Assembly: GCA_024137785.1 (NCBI GenBank) | Contig: JAHRHZ010000288.1 | Coordinates: 735,468 to 799,467, forward strand | DNA: 64,000 nt | Direction: 5' to 3' | Source: Ginglymostoma cirratum | Taxonomy: Eukaryota | Part shown: positions 24,310-35,880 of the stretch, piece after piece | Layout: each line of letters starts with the position of its first letter | How positions within the stretch are numbered: the stretch's first letter is position 1 | The notes under the pieces: model-generated | Told to the model about the DNA's origin: nothing | Seen by the model: the letters and a program-made list of their open reading frames with translations, nothing else | The model's database searches: none | Translations under genes and position numbers: made by a program

Positions 24310-25035
24310 AAGTGACAAGTAATCACACAAGTGCCAGGCAATGACCATCTCAAACAAAAAAGAATCAAACCATCACCCCTTGCCATTGCGAGCACTGGCT
24401 TCCCATTAGCAACAGATAGCAACTGAACCTGGCATATCAGTATTGTGGCTACAAGAATGCGTCAAAGATGAGGAATTCTATAGTAGTGACTCACGTCCTG
24501 ACACCCAATGCCTGATCACCATGTAGAAGGCACAGTTGGGAATGAGATGGAATACTCTCCATTACCTAGGTAAATGCAGGTCCAGTAGTACTCAACAAGT
24601 TTGACACCATCAAAGCAGTAAATTGACTGGATTCCATCCAGCACTTTCAATATTCACTTCACTTACCACTGATGCATAGTAGTGTCAGTGTCCACCATTC
24701 ACAAGATACATTGCAGTAACTTATCAAGGCTACTTCAACAGCATCTTCCAAGCCCACAACCACTGCCATTTGGAAGGACAGGGCAGCAGGTGGATGGGAA
24801 CACTGCTATTTGCAAGATTCCCTCCAAGTCATACATCATTCTGGTTTGGAACTATATTGCCATGACTGTCGCTAGGTCAATATCCCGGAGCTCCCTAACA
24901 GCACTGTGGGTGTGCCTATATCCTAAGGAATAAAGCAGTTGAAGAAGGCAGCTCACCTTCTCCAGAGCAATTAGGGATATGTAATAAACACTGGCCTAGC
25001 CAACAATACCTACATCCAGTCAATGAAAAAAACAA
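24310..25035 (+). mobile_element. L2/CR1-group LINE 3' part
   Basis: caagtgccaggcaatgacc...aagatacattgcagtaac...ccttccaagcccac-like body; homologous to 58790-60330 and 63270-63590. Confidence 0.8.
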
Positions 25036-25529
25036 AAGCTCTTTGGGGAAGTTACATGTGATAAGTAGAAAAATAAGTTTCAAGAGAAGGTGAAGAGTTT
25101 ACAAATGGAGATAGACAAGTTAATGAAGTTTAATGTGGGCAAATGTAAAAATTTTCACCTTTGCAGAAAGAATCAAAAAGCAATATAATATTGAAATGAA
25201 GAGAGATTTCAAAATTCTGTAGCACAAAGGGACCTGGAACTGCTGATACATGAATCACAAAAAGATAGCAGGCAAATATAGCAAGTGGTTAGGAAGGCAA
25301 ATGGAATGCTGATATTTAGTGCAAGAGGAATTTAATGTAAAAGTAGGCAAGTTTTATTAAGCTGTACGAGACCTTGCTGAGACCATATTGAGAGCATTGT
25401 GTAGATTTTTAGTCACTTTACTTGAAAAAGTATACAACTATAAAAGAAGCAATCAGTGATTGTTCATTTACCTCTTTCCTGGGATGATGAGCTTACCAAA
25501 TCAATAATGGTTGATCAGACTGGGCCTTT

Positions 25530-26350
25530 AAGAATAGTAAAACCTCAGAGCAGGAGTAGGCAATTCAGCCCCTCGAGCCTGCTCTGCTATTTAATACAGT
25601 CATGGCTGATCTTATCTCGGCCTCCACTTCACTTTCCTGCCCACTCTCCATAATCCTTCAACCCATTACTAATTAATAATCTGTCTATCTCCTTCTTATG
25701 TTTAATCAATGTTCTGGCATCCACCACACTCCACAGATTCACAACCCTTTGATAGAAGTGATCTCTCCCCATCTCTGGGTCAAATATTCTGCTGCTTATC
25801 TTAAAACTATGACTTCTCATTCTAGATTGTCCCACATTAGGAAACATCCATTCTGTCTACTTTATTAATCCCCTTTAGCATCTTATATACTTCAATTCGA
25901 TTTCTTCTCATTCTTCTAAACTCCAGAAAGTGTACATTGAAGCTGCTCAATCTCTCTTCATCAGACAAACTACCTCACTTCTGGAATCAGTCTAGTGAAA
26001 CTCCATTGAACTGCTTCCAATACAACTACATCCCTCCTCAAGTAAGAAGACTAAAATTTGCACACAATATTCCAGGTGTGGTCTCACTAATGCTGTGTAT
26101 AATTGCAGCAACACTTCCCAACATTTATACTTTATTCCTTTAAGAATACATGCCAGCATTCTCTTTTCCTTCCTCATTAACTCCTGTACTTGCATACTAA
26201 TTTTCAGCGATTCATGCACAAGGTCACCCAGATCCCTCTGCACCGAAGCACTCTGAAGTTTCTCTCTATTTAGATAATAAGTTGCTTTTCTATTCCTCCA
26301 AGCCAAATGGATAACATCACACTTATTCATGTTAAACTTCATCTGCCAAA
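25530..26350 (-). mobile_element. CR1 LINE 3' fragment nested in an older plus-strand CR1
   Basis: ORFs 25992-26342 (MKFNMNKCDVIH...LYTALVRPHLEYCVQ) and 25629-25847. Confidence 0.9.
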
Positions 26351-26654
26351 TATTTATTCATGGAGTTTAGAAGTATGACACGTGATATTATAGAATCAAG
26401 GGATCTTGACTGGATGGATATAGACAGTATTTATCTTTGCATAGAGGGGATGAAGAGCAAGAGATATTGTTTAAGAAAATGGGGTCTACATTTCAGGACA
26501 GAGATGAGGATTTTTTTCTCTCTCATAGGGTTGGTAGTTTTTCTTCTAAAAAGAGTACAGCTTGGTTAATTGAATTTATTCATGGCTAAGTTTAATAGAT
26601 TTTTGATAGATAAAGTAGTGGAGAATTATCAACAGTAAACCAGCATTAGGATTA

Positions 26655-27235
26655 TACAAGGTGTAGAGCTGGATGAACTCAGCAGGCCAAGCAGCATCAG
26701 AGGAGCAGGAAGGCTGAAGTTTCGGGCCTCGACCCTTCTTCAGAAATGGGGGAGGGGANNNNNNNNNNNNNNNNNNNNNNNNNNNNNNNNNNNNNNNNNN
26801 NNNNNNNNNNNNNNNNNNNNNNNNNNNNNNNNNNNNNNNNNNNNNNNNNNNNNNNNNNNNNNNNNNNNNNNNNNNNNNNNNNNNNNNNNNNNNNNNNNNN
26901 NNNNNNNNNNNNNNNNNNNNNNNNNNNNNNNNNNNNNNNNNNNNNNNNNNNNNNNNNNNNNNNNNNNNNNNNNNNNNNNNNNNNNNNNNNNNNNNNNNNN
27001 NNNNNNNNNNNNNNNNNNNNNNNNNNNNNNNNNNNNNNNNNNNNNNNNNNNNNNNNNNNNNNNNNNNNNNNNNNNNNNNNNNNNNNNNNNNNNNNNNNNN
27101 NNNNNNNNNNNNNNNNNNNNNNNNNNNNNNNNNNNNNNNNNNNNNNNNNNNNNNNNNNGGCCTGCTGTGTTCATCCAGCTCTACACCTTGTTATCTCAGA
27201 TTCTCCAGCATCTGCAGTTCCTACTATCTCTGAAA
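26655..27235. mobile_element. Penelope-like element with inverted termini spanning the assembly gap
   Basis: Arms acaaggtgtagagctggatgaac / gttcatccagctctacaccttgt; TSD cagcattaggatta (26641-26654) vs cagcattgggatta (27236-27249); minus-strand hammerhead core at ~26712-26747. Confidence 0.85.
26759..27158. other. Assembly gap (400 N)
   Basis: Run of N. Confidence 1.
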
Positions 27236-28769
27236 CAGCATTGGGATTACTTTGCCTGATATAGTAACTGCCTAACTTTGATCCCCAATAACTTCATTGG
27301 AAATAGAAATGGGGTTGGGTTCTATGACAACAGCAACAAATTACATTTGTGTAGTGCCTTTAGTGTTGTAAAGTACTCCAAAGTGATTCATAATGAGTGT
27401 ATCAAGGAACATTCAATATCAAACCATATAAGGAAATATTAGACTAGGAGGCCAAATTTTTCCTCAAAGAGATAAGCTTTAAGGAACATCTTAAAATATG
27501 AGAGTAAGGTGGTGGAACTGAAGACAACGTGTTAGATACATCTTGAATCATAGCCCGCAAGAGGCATCCTTTGAAATGTAAGTCCAAAGGTCTTCCTTAT
27601 GCCCATAGCTCCCACCAATGAAGGATCTTCCACTTACCCTCATGACATCTAATGTTCCTCCAACCCAGCATATCCCTTCCAACCATCTCTCCTGTCTCCT
27701 GTACCAGTCTATGTCCCTCCACCTGCTCTTGTCATGGCTGGTCATGCTCTGATGCCATGCTATGTCACCTTTATGCCCATTTTGGGTGCCAGCTTTGGAC
27801 TCTATAGTGACAGCTGTGTGTATTTAAAAAAAGGCTTATAGGAACATCAGTCATTTGGTATTTTTAAAAAAAAACCCTCCTTTCATTACAGCCCTGAAGA
27901 AGCGTCAAACATCCAAATCCTTTAAAGTTTCAGTAGCTAAAACTGCAAAGCAGTTGAAATGTCTAAACAGTGTATCTATAAAAACTGTGAAATTATTAGC
28001 CAAGATCAACTGTTTGCAAGTGGAGCCTCAGGTATTTCAAGAGACTAATAGTTCTCTCCTTAGCCAAGCCTCATTTTGCATTTTCAGCATGGAGGGGTGA
28101 AGAGGTGTTTTGGATGGAAAGACTTTTTATTTCTGGTTTTATTGTTAATTGCTGAAGCCTCATATTACCAAAGGGAGCTATTTAAACAGCCGACCTTGGA
28201 ACACAGCAAACCCAATGGTTGCCTCTGAAATTTATCTGGAATCAGCTGGCCTAACTGTAGATGGCAACCCCTAGCAATGAAGATTCCAACATTGTGAGCA
28301 CTTCCTCCTGAAGTGAGAGGGCTAAAGCTATCTCTCATTACCCATCTTGAAGTTGAAAATCTGGTGCTGTGTTCTGAGTTCCACTAGCCCAGTTTGGTTG
28401 AACAAAGTCATTAATCTGCTGTTGCAAACAGCTGAAGGGATTTGCTGTTTGAAATGATCCATCAGCAGCTGGGATGTATGACCCATATATATGGCATCAC
28501 ACAGGTATTTAACATGATATACTACATCACTTAAATGTTGCGGTGTGTTGGCAGCATCTTGTTACCAGAGAATACATTGCATTTGGTGCTGTACAATAGA
28601 AGCTTGAAACAGCTGGCATCACTTGTTGTTCAAATCTTGGAGTTTTCCTACCCAACCAGGAAATGTGGGCATTTCTCATATCTGAATGTGACAGCCTTTA
28701 AATGCATGTTCCTGTTCAATGTTAATGTTCTGTTTTTCTAAGAATATGAAAGCTATATGAGCTCTGATA

Positions 28770-30690
28770 AAAAGAAAATTCCATAACAGTTGCAACACTG
28801 GCCTCCACCCAACAACCTGACAGATCTCCAGTGTTTGTTCTGTCAAAGCAAAAGGAAGACAATCGAACTATGTCAGACTATTACCGAACAATGACAGCGT
28901 GATTGAAGTTGCTATCAACAGCACCATCAAGAAGGATATGCTCATTGATAACCTACTTTGCTGCATTTTCAGTTCCAGGATTCATGCCAGTGATATACAT
29001 TACAGATGAATTCCAGACATGGCTGCTTTTGCCACCAAACCAACATTTGGCCAAGTGTGGCACGAGGGAGCATTACTAAAACTGAAGTCAATGGGGATCA
29101 CGAGAAAACCTTACCATTTGACAGTAGTCAAAACCGGTTCAAGTGTGTCAGAAATGATCTTCCCTTCATTAGAACATCAGAAGTGGGGGTGATTGCATAA
29201 TATTCAGTGCTGTCACAAAATCTCAGATAATGAAGCTGCCTGTCTTCACATGCAACAACACCTGGACAACATTTGGGCATGGGCTGATCTTTAGCAAATA
29301 GCATGAGCACCACACAAAGCTAAGAAATGACTGAGGTTATTGGCTTGCTTGTTGAGCTGGCTGGTTACCGTACAAACATTTCATCACCATGCTAGGTAAT
29401 ATCACCAGTGCGTCCTCTGATGAAGCAACGTTGTCCTACTCAGCTTGGAATTTATATGATCTGGGTCTGTTAAGTTGGGCTGTGTCATTTCCGGTTGTTA
29501 ATTGCATGGATTTGTATATGGGGTCTAATTCTACAAGTTTGTTGATTGCATTACAGTTTGAAAACCAGGCCTCTAGGAATCCCCGTGTGCATCTGTGGTT
29601 GGCTTGAGCTAGGATGGTCATGTGTCCCAGTTAAATTGATGGCCTTCATTATCTGAATGCACTGAGATGAGGGAAAGCTCATCATGTCGTTTTGCTGCAA
29701 GGTGGTGTTCGTGTATCCTTATGGCTGGTTTCCTTCCAGTCTGGCCACTGTAATGTTTGTTGTGGTCATTGCAAGGTTTTTGTAAACTATTTTGTCCTGC
29801 AAGTCATGGGTATGTGGTCTTTGGTCCTTGTGAGTATTTGTCGTAGTGTGGCTGTGGGCTTATGGGCTACCATGATTCCTAGTGGTTGTAGGAGTCTTGC
29901 TGTCAGTTCTGATATGTTCTTGATGAAGGGTGGTGTGGCCAACGTCTTGGAGCATACTGTGACCCCTTGGCATTGTCTATCTAGTAGGCACCTGCAGATG
30001 GAATTGTTGGGATATCTGTTGTTAGCAAATACCTTGTATTAGTGCTCTTCCTCCTTCTTGCATAGAACAACATCGCTTCATCGGTGGCCGCACTGATGAT
30101 CTTACCTAGCATGGTGCTGTAACATCTGTATGATAACCAGCCGGCTTGGTGAGCAAGCCAACGACCTCATCCACAACCTGAGCTACAAATCTTCGCAAGG
30201 ACCCTAAGAAATGACTATTTCTTTGAAGAACCTAATCACTTTCTTTTGACATCCAATTCCACCATTATCTTTTAAGTAAAAATAAAGCATCCACTCAATC
30301 AGTAACTCTTCGATTAGCCTAAACATCCACCCCATCTTCTCTCATCTACTGTAACTACAGTGTACTCTATCTACGGCATTGCAATAGCTCTCCATGGCTG
30401 CTTGAGAGATGTCGTTCAGACCTTTAACCTTGACCACCTAGAAGAGTGAGAATAGCAGGAACATCTCCAATTCCAAGATTTTCTCCAGGTCACACATCAT
30501 CAAGAACTGAATACGTAATATAGTTTCTTCATTGTTGCTGTATGAAAATCCTTAAATTCTCTAATTAACAGCACGAGGACATCACTTTCATCAAATATTA
30601 TGTGGTGGTTTCAGAAAAAGACTGACCATCACTTCCTCAATAGCAATAAGGGATGAACAATAAATCCCAAAATTGCATCTGATACTAAAT
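28770..30690 (+). mobile_element. Highly decayed L2/CR1-group LINE split by a Penelope-like insertion
   Basis: cctggacaacatttgggcatgggctgat and 3' gggatgaacaataaat match the LINE family at 24310 and 58790. Confidence 0.6.
29333..30203 (-). mobile_element. Penelope-like element (Poseidon-type GIY-YIG C-terminus) with inverted arms and 13-bp TSD
   Basis: Minus strand ..HQFNWD..ILAQANHRCTRGFLEAWFS..AINKLVELDPIY; arms ~29333-29432 and ~30068-30168; TSD ctaagaaatgact at 29320-29332 and 30204-30216. Confidence 0.88.
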
Positions 30691-31747
30691 TTGAAAGTTT
30701 TTTCCTTTTAAATTGCTTGCTTGCTGAGAGGTTTTAGTTGTAGTAATGACATATTATACTGATTGAAAGATTATATTGCTAAGTTAAGATAACGCAAAAC
30801 CAATCCTCACAAACCACCACAATATGGTTTCTCTAATGTTCTTTATCTATGGAAATTCCTTCTACACAGATTACATCAAAAACATTTTCTTTTGTGTTGA
30901 CAAAGGAGATTTGCAATGAGTGAATAATTGTAGGGACATAATCTGCACAATCTTCTTGTTTCAGAAACTGTTTTCAGTTTTCACTATCTTTTCATATCAG
31001 CCATTTGTAAAGCAATCTTTTTTTCCATTACTTGATCCCTTACCATATGTCTAAGCAAATAAACAGAGCTGCCAAGACCAATAAAGCTGTTAATTTAAGT
31101 CTGATAGAGTTTCCGTGCTATCTTTAAAAGCCTTGGAACTGCACATGTAGAATCCTTTGCAAAACCATAATGTTATCATACCACGCTAAGCATGTTTTCC
31201 AAGAAAAATCTTTCACCAGTTGGCTCTGAGCACTTGATATATTTCACAGCCTTAAAAAATAGAAATGAACAGTTAGATTAAGTTTATCAGCTCTCAATCT
31301 CCCACTTCCTGTACACTGTAGCTTAACATAATATTGCAGATTAATAAGAGCTGTTAACTATTAAAAATACATCAGCGTTAGGAGGCAGAAATGATCACTC
31401 AACTATCACATTGCTATGAGACTTGAGCACAAAAATCTAGGCTAGCACTCCCAGTGCATTACTGAAGGCAAGTTTCACTATCAGATATTTTAGATGGCAC
31501 ATTGAACTGATACGAAACACCTATCCTTTTAGTTTGATGAAAACGACTGTTTAAAGACAAAAGGGGTCAGAAAGTTTTCCTACTGTGTTGATAAACATCA
31601 ATATATAAAGATTATGGATAGAATCTCCCAGCTCTGAACATTATTGGCAATGTCAGAAAGTTGGGAGATTTGAATGAGATGGCCAATGAGGAGCTTCCTA
31701 TCATCATGAGTAAATGGTTGTACTTTACAACAAAGTGTTGAACAATG

Positions 31748-31916
31748 ACAAAAACAAAAGTTGCTGGAAAAGCTCAGCAGCAGCTCTGAGGAAGGATCAC
31801 TGGACCCGAAACATTAACTCTGATTTTTCTTCACTGATGCTGCCAGACCTGCTGAGCTTTTTCAGCAACTTCTGTTTTTGTTCCTGATTTACAGCACCCT
31901 CAGTTCTTTCAGTTTT
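31748..31916. mobile_element. Penelope-derived mini element with partial inverted arm
   Basis: gttgctggaaaagctcagcag / ctgctgagctttttcagcaac; TSD tgttgaacaatg (31736-31747) vs tgttgaacagtg (31917-31928); CTGAGGA...GAAAC core. Confidence 0.8.
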
Positions 31917-33560
31917 TGTTGAACAGTGGGTCAGAATTCTCACCGGTGAGAGACCTATTAGCATGCATTATCATGTCTCTTTAATATCCAGTTTCCTATT
32001 CTCCTACTTGCCATACAGAAACAAGATGGCAGCAGTTTGCAGCATGAAAAGCTCTAGTTCATGGTTTGCTTGTCATCAGTTAGTCACCAACATGCCAGGG
32101 CTTGCTCCAGGTCTAGCAATCATGTGCTCACATCATCCATCAGGACCTGCATGTCCTGCAAATGTCAGCAAAGCAGGGTGCTAATTTGCCTCTGCTTATT
32201 ATGTTTGGGACAGTTGACAGGAACCAATCATGACATCTGTGGATTGCCAGCTCTGGACTGGGTGTACAGCTTGGCTTAAATGGAGCTGGTACCAGGAATC
32301 TTGGGAGGCCCCAGCTATGGCCAATACTTCGCTGCAACGAAGAATATGATGAGGAGGGTGCCACCCTCCATAAAACTTGCCAAAAATGGGTTAGATTTCT
32401 GTTAAGATTCAGCCCTGTCTTGTCATTTTTGCATTGCTATTTATAGCACCTGGTTACTTTGTTTCCTCTATTACACAAGTTACTCCACTCCAGCTATATT
32501 TAATACTTTGTAACATGTTTTGAGATGTCCTGAGATTGTGAAAAATGCAATATAACTGTCAGATTTTCTTCCTCTTTCCCTTGAATTTCAAAGAGCATCC
32601 TGCTATTATTCAGTAAATCAAAGGATGATCTTGAAGTGACTGTTGATGCTTCTATTTTTGTACAATTCATATCCTGAGAATGTTTCTCTTTACTTCTTTT
32701 GAGTGTTTAATGATAATCTTTATTGCTGATCAGTGGGGAAGATCTGACATATTTATCCAGGCTGATCCTTCCTTGGTGCTGCATTGCCAGAATTACAATA
32801 TTTGAACTGAAATGGTAAAACAGAACACTAAGTATGTGTTGAGTTTGTCATAAATAGGTCACATTTTGTTCAAGACAAATAGGCATGTTGTCCTGGAGTC
32901 CTGGTCAACATTTTTTCATAAAGCACGAGTTTTACAGCCAACTTAACTGGATGCTTATTTGAGTTACTTTTCACAATGATATTACTCAGTGCAAAATGGC
33001 TACAATGTTTTGCTATGTAACCATGACTACAACTCCAAAATTAATCATTGGCTATGGAGCACTTGTGAATGTCCTGTAAATATTGTATAAAAATGCCCCT
33101 TTCTTTCTTTTACTTTTATTTTTATTTCTTGTAACATTATGCAAGGCTGTGTTTCTGTCAGTGTCAATCAGCTAGCTAAAGAACTGGTGTTGCCGTCATA
33201 TGCTCAATATCTTGAAATTGACAGCTTCTTTGTAAAAAAATCTATTGCATGTTCAAAAAGGAGATGACTTCTGTGCCCTTTTTGTCTTTCCTACCCTGGA
33301 GCAGATATAATCAATGCTGGAGCCATGATTTGTCTTCATTATGCGACTGAAAATGGTTTGCCTGAAATATTTGTGACCTGGAGCAGAGACTTCACCACGA
33401 GTGCAACTCACTTCCAAAAACATATCAAGCCTTGTTATGCAACACCTAAATTAGCCAGCAATTGTTACCTAAGAATGTGAATTGACAACTTAGAATTCAC
33501 TTAGAGTTGACTTTGGCTAAAAATCTTTCCCCAACATTCCTTGAAATGTATATTTTTCAT

Positions 33561-34345
33561 GCAAGATGGCAGTAGTGTAGGACACTCCACTCGGAGCTCC
33601 TCTGCTCCACCTATTCTTTTAGTTTCTATTCTTTTTTCTCTCTGTCTTTAGCAACCCTGGAGCAGCATGTGGGGAAACAGTCCCTGAGCAGTGCATGGGG
33701 AAGTGAGTCCTGGAGCATCACAAGGGAAAATGAATCCTTGAGCAGCGCAAGGGGAAACGTGTCCGGAGCAGCGCAAGGGGAAATGTGTCCCAAAGCAGTG
33801 TGTGGGGAAGCGAGTCCTGGAACAGCACAAGGGGAAGCAGGTCCTGGAGCAACACGAGGGGAACAAGTTGGAGCAGCGTGAGGAGAGCAAGTCCTGGAGA
33901 TGTGCAAGGGGAGCCTGTCCTGGAGAATGCAAGGGGAAATGAGTCCCTAAGCAGCACAAGGGGAAATGAGCCGTGGAGCAGCATGAGGGGAAGTGAGTCC
34001 CAGTGCAGCACAAGGGGAATTGAGCAGCGCAACCTACCTTGGTGCAATTGAGTGCCAGTGTGGAGTGGACTGGAGGCTTGGAGTAGAGTGTGACTTTTGT
34101 TGGAATGGAGCCTGGCACGGTCAGTCAGACCACGTGCTGAGCTGCTGCTACTTTAAATTCTTTACTGGACTTTAATGTCAACCCTTTAACTATATTATAA
34201 CTATTTTATTTCTAACTTACTTCTTAGACACTGTAAATGAAGCTACCAATTTTGCGTTTATTCCTTTTTTGTATCCAAGAGTTGTACCTAGTTAATTGTA
34301 CCAAGAAGGTGCTATTGAAGGCAGCCATTGTAAAAACTTTTCACA
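33561..34345 (+). mobile_element. Non-autonomous element starting caagatggc and carrying an internal minisatellite
   Basis: Same layout as the minus-strand element at 48170-48666: YY1-like start, T-rich tract, GC-rich middle, ...ttttcac 3' end. Confidence 0.55.
33659..34031 (+). repeat. Minisatellite, about 14 degenerate copies of a ~27-bp unit
   Basis: Consensus ggagcagcacaaggggaaatgagtcct. Confidence 0.9.
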
Positions 34346-35309
34346 CATGGTAATAAAGGTCAGTTCTTCCATGAAACTATTTTTGATTGTTAGTGGATGA
34401 CATAACTGTCCAATGTTCATCATGTCAGACAATGCGTTGTTATAATGTAGGCAAAAGCAGTAGCCAATTTGCACCGAGTGATGTCCCAGGACAGCAGCTT
34501 GAAGTCATGCAATGAATTTCATGTAGCAACATATTGTAAGACACAGCATTGGAACAGAATCATTCAAAGAAGTTGATAACTCGCTCAAGTTATTAGGAGA
34601 GCTAATGAAAAACTTGATATAACTGCTATGTTTGAATGGTGCTTTAAAGGAAAGAAACAGTTTGATTTAGGTATAAAATTCCAAAGCTTAGATCCTCAAA
34701 GACTGAAGGCATTGCAGGCAATCGCATGGCAAAGAAAGTTGAGGAAGTTCACAAGCGACCAAGAGTTGGTGGAGAGCCGATATCTCACAGATGGTTAAGG
34801 CTGATGACATTACAGAAGGACAACAGCCATTGATGTGTTTGAAAAAGAAGATGAGGATGAGAACTGTAGATAAATGTGGAGAAAAATAACTCATCTTGGT
34901 TTAAGGTCTCATCCAAAAACTAGTGTCATTGACACTAGTACAGTGCTGTCTCAGGATTTCACAAGACTGCCAGCTTTGATATTTCTTTCGTAAGTCCTGC
35001 AGACCACATTTTTCTGACTCAGATGTGAAAATGTTCCCAACTGAGTCACAGCTGACACAAAATGTAAGCATTGGTAGATTGGGAGAAAATATGTCAACAA
35101 GATGCGAGAGTGATGTGTGAACAGAACTTGATGTGAATAAAGGTATGGGCAACAGAAGTTTGGGTGAGTTTAGATTTGTGGAAGTTGGCAGGTGGAAAGC
35201 CACGAGAAAAAATTCAGAATAATTGAACCTAGAAATTAACAAAAACCAGTATAGATGGTAATTTCAACAGAGGGTAAGATAATGTATGGCCTGAGACCAG
35301 TGACATTGT

Positions 35310-35880
35310 AGGAACATAGAAGCATAAGTCGGCCATTATCTCCTCAAGTCTGTTCTGCCATCCTAGACCCTGGCTGATCATCTACCTCAATATCATATCC
35401 CCATGTGATTTCCATAGCTAATTAAGAGCAATCAATTTCTTGAAGCTAATTAATTTCTGAGCTTCTACAGCCCTCTGGGGTAGTGAAATCCAAAGATCCA
35501 TGAACCACTGATTGAAGAAATTCCTCTTCACTTCAGCCCTGAATGGCTTCTCTTTCATTCTGAGACTGTGTCCTCTTGTTCAAGTCCACACAAAAGGGGA
35601 ATCATCATTTCTGTACTACACTGTCTATCCCTTTCAGAATTTTGTAAGTTTCTCTGAGATTGCCTCTCATTCTTCTAAACTGCTCAGAATACAGGCTCAG
35701 TTTCCTTGATCTCTCCTCACCAGCAACCAGACTGGTGAGTCTCTGCAGCAAAACCTCACTGGCAAGTATATCTTTCCTTAGGCAAGGGCACAAGAGCAGA
35801 GTACAATACTCCAGGTGTGGTTTCACCAGTGTTCTTCACAATTGAAACAATACATCTTTGCTCCTGGACTCAAATCTTCT
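35310..35880 (-). mobile_element. Old CR1 3' fragment
   Basis: ORF 35605-35826 (KPHLEYC...RRMRGNLRETYKILKG). Confidence 0.82.

Noticed and set aside
19679-24310. TG...CA ends with agta/agtg flanks as true proviral termini
   Set aside because: No direct repeats, and the left end lies within env-like sequence; likely coincidence.
26740-27264. Long ORFs of X residues
   Set aside because: Artefacts of the N gap.
33659-34031. CRISPR-like array or repetitive protein
   Set aside because: Head-to-tail degenerate units with no unique spacers, no cas genes, eukaryotic context; the ORFs are repeat by-products.
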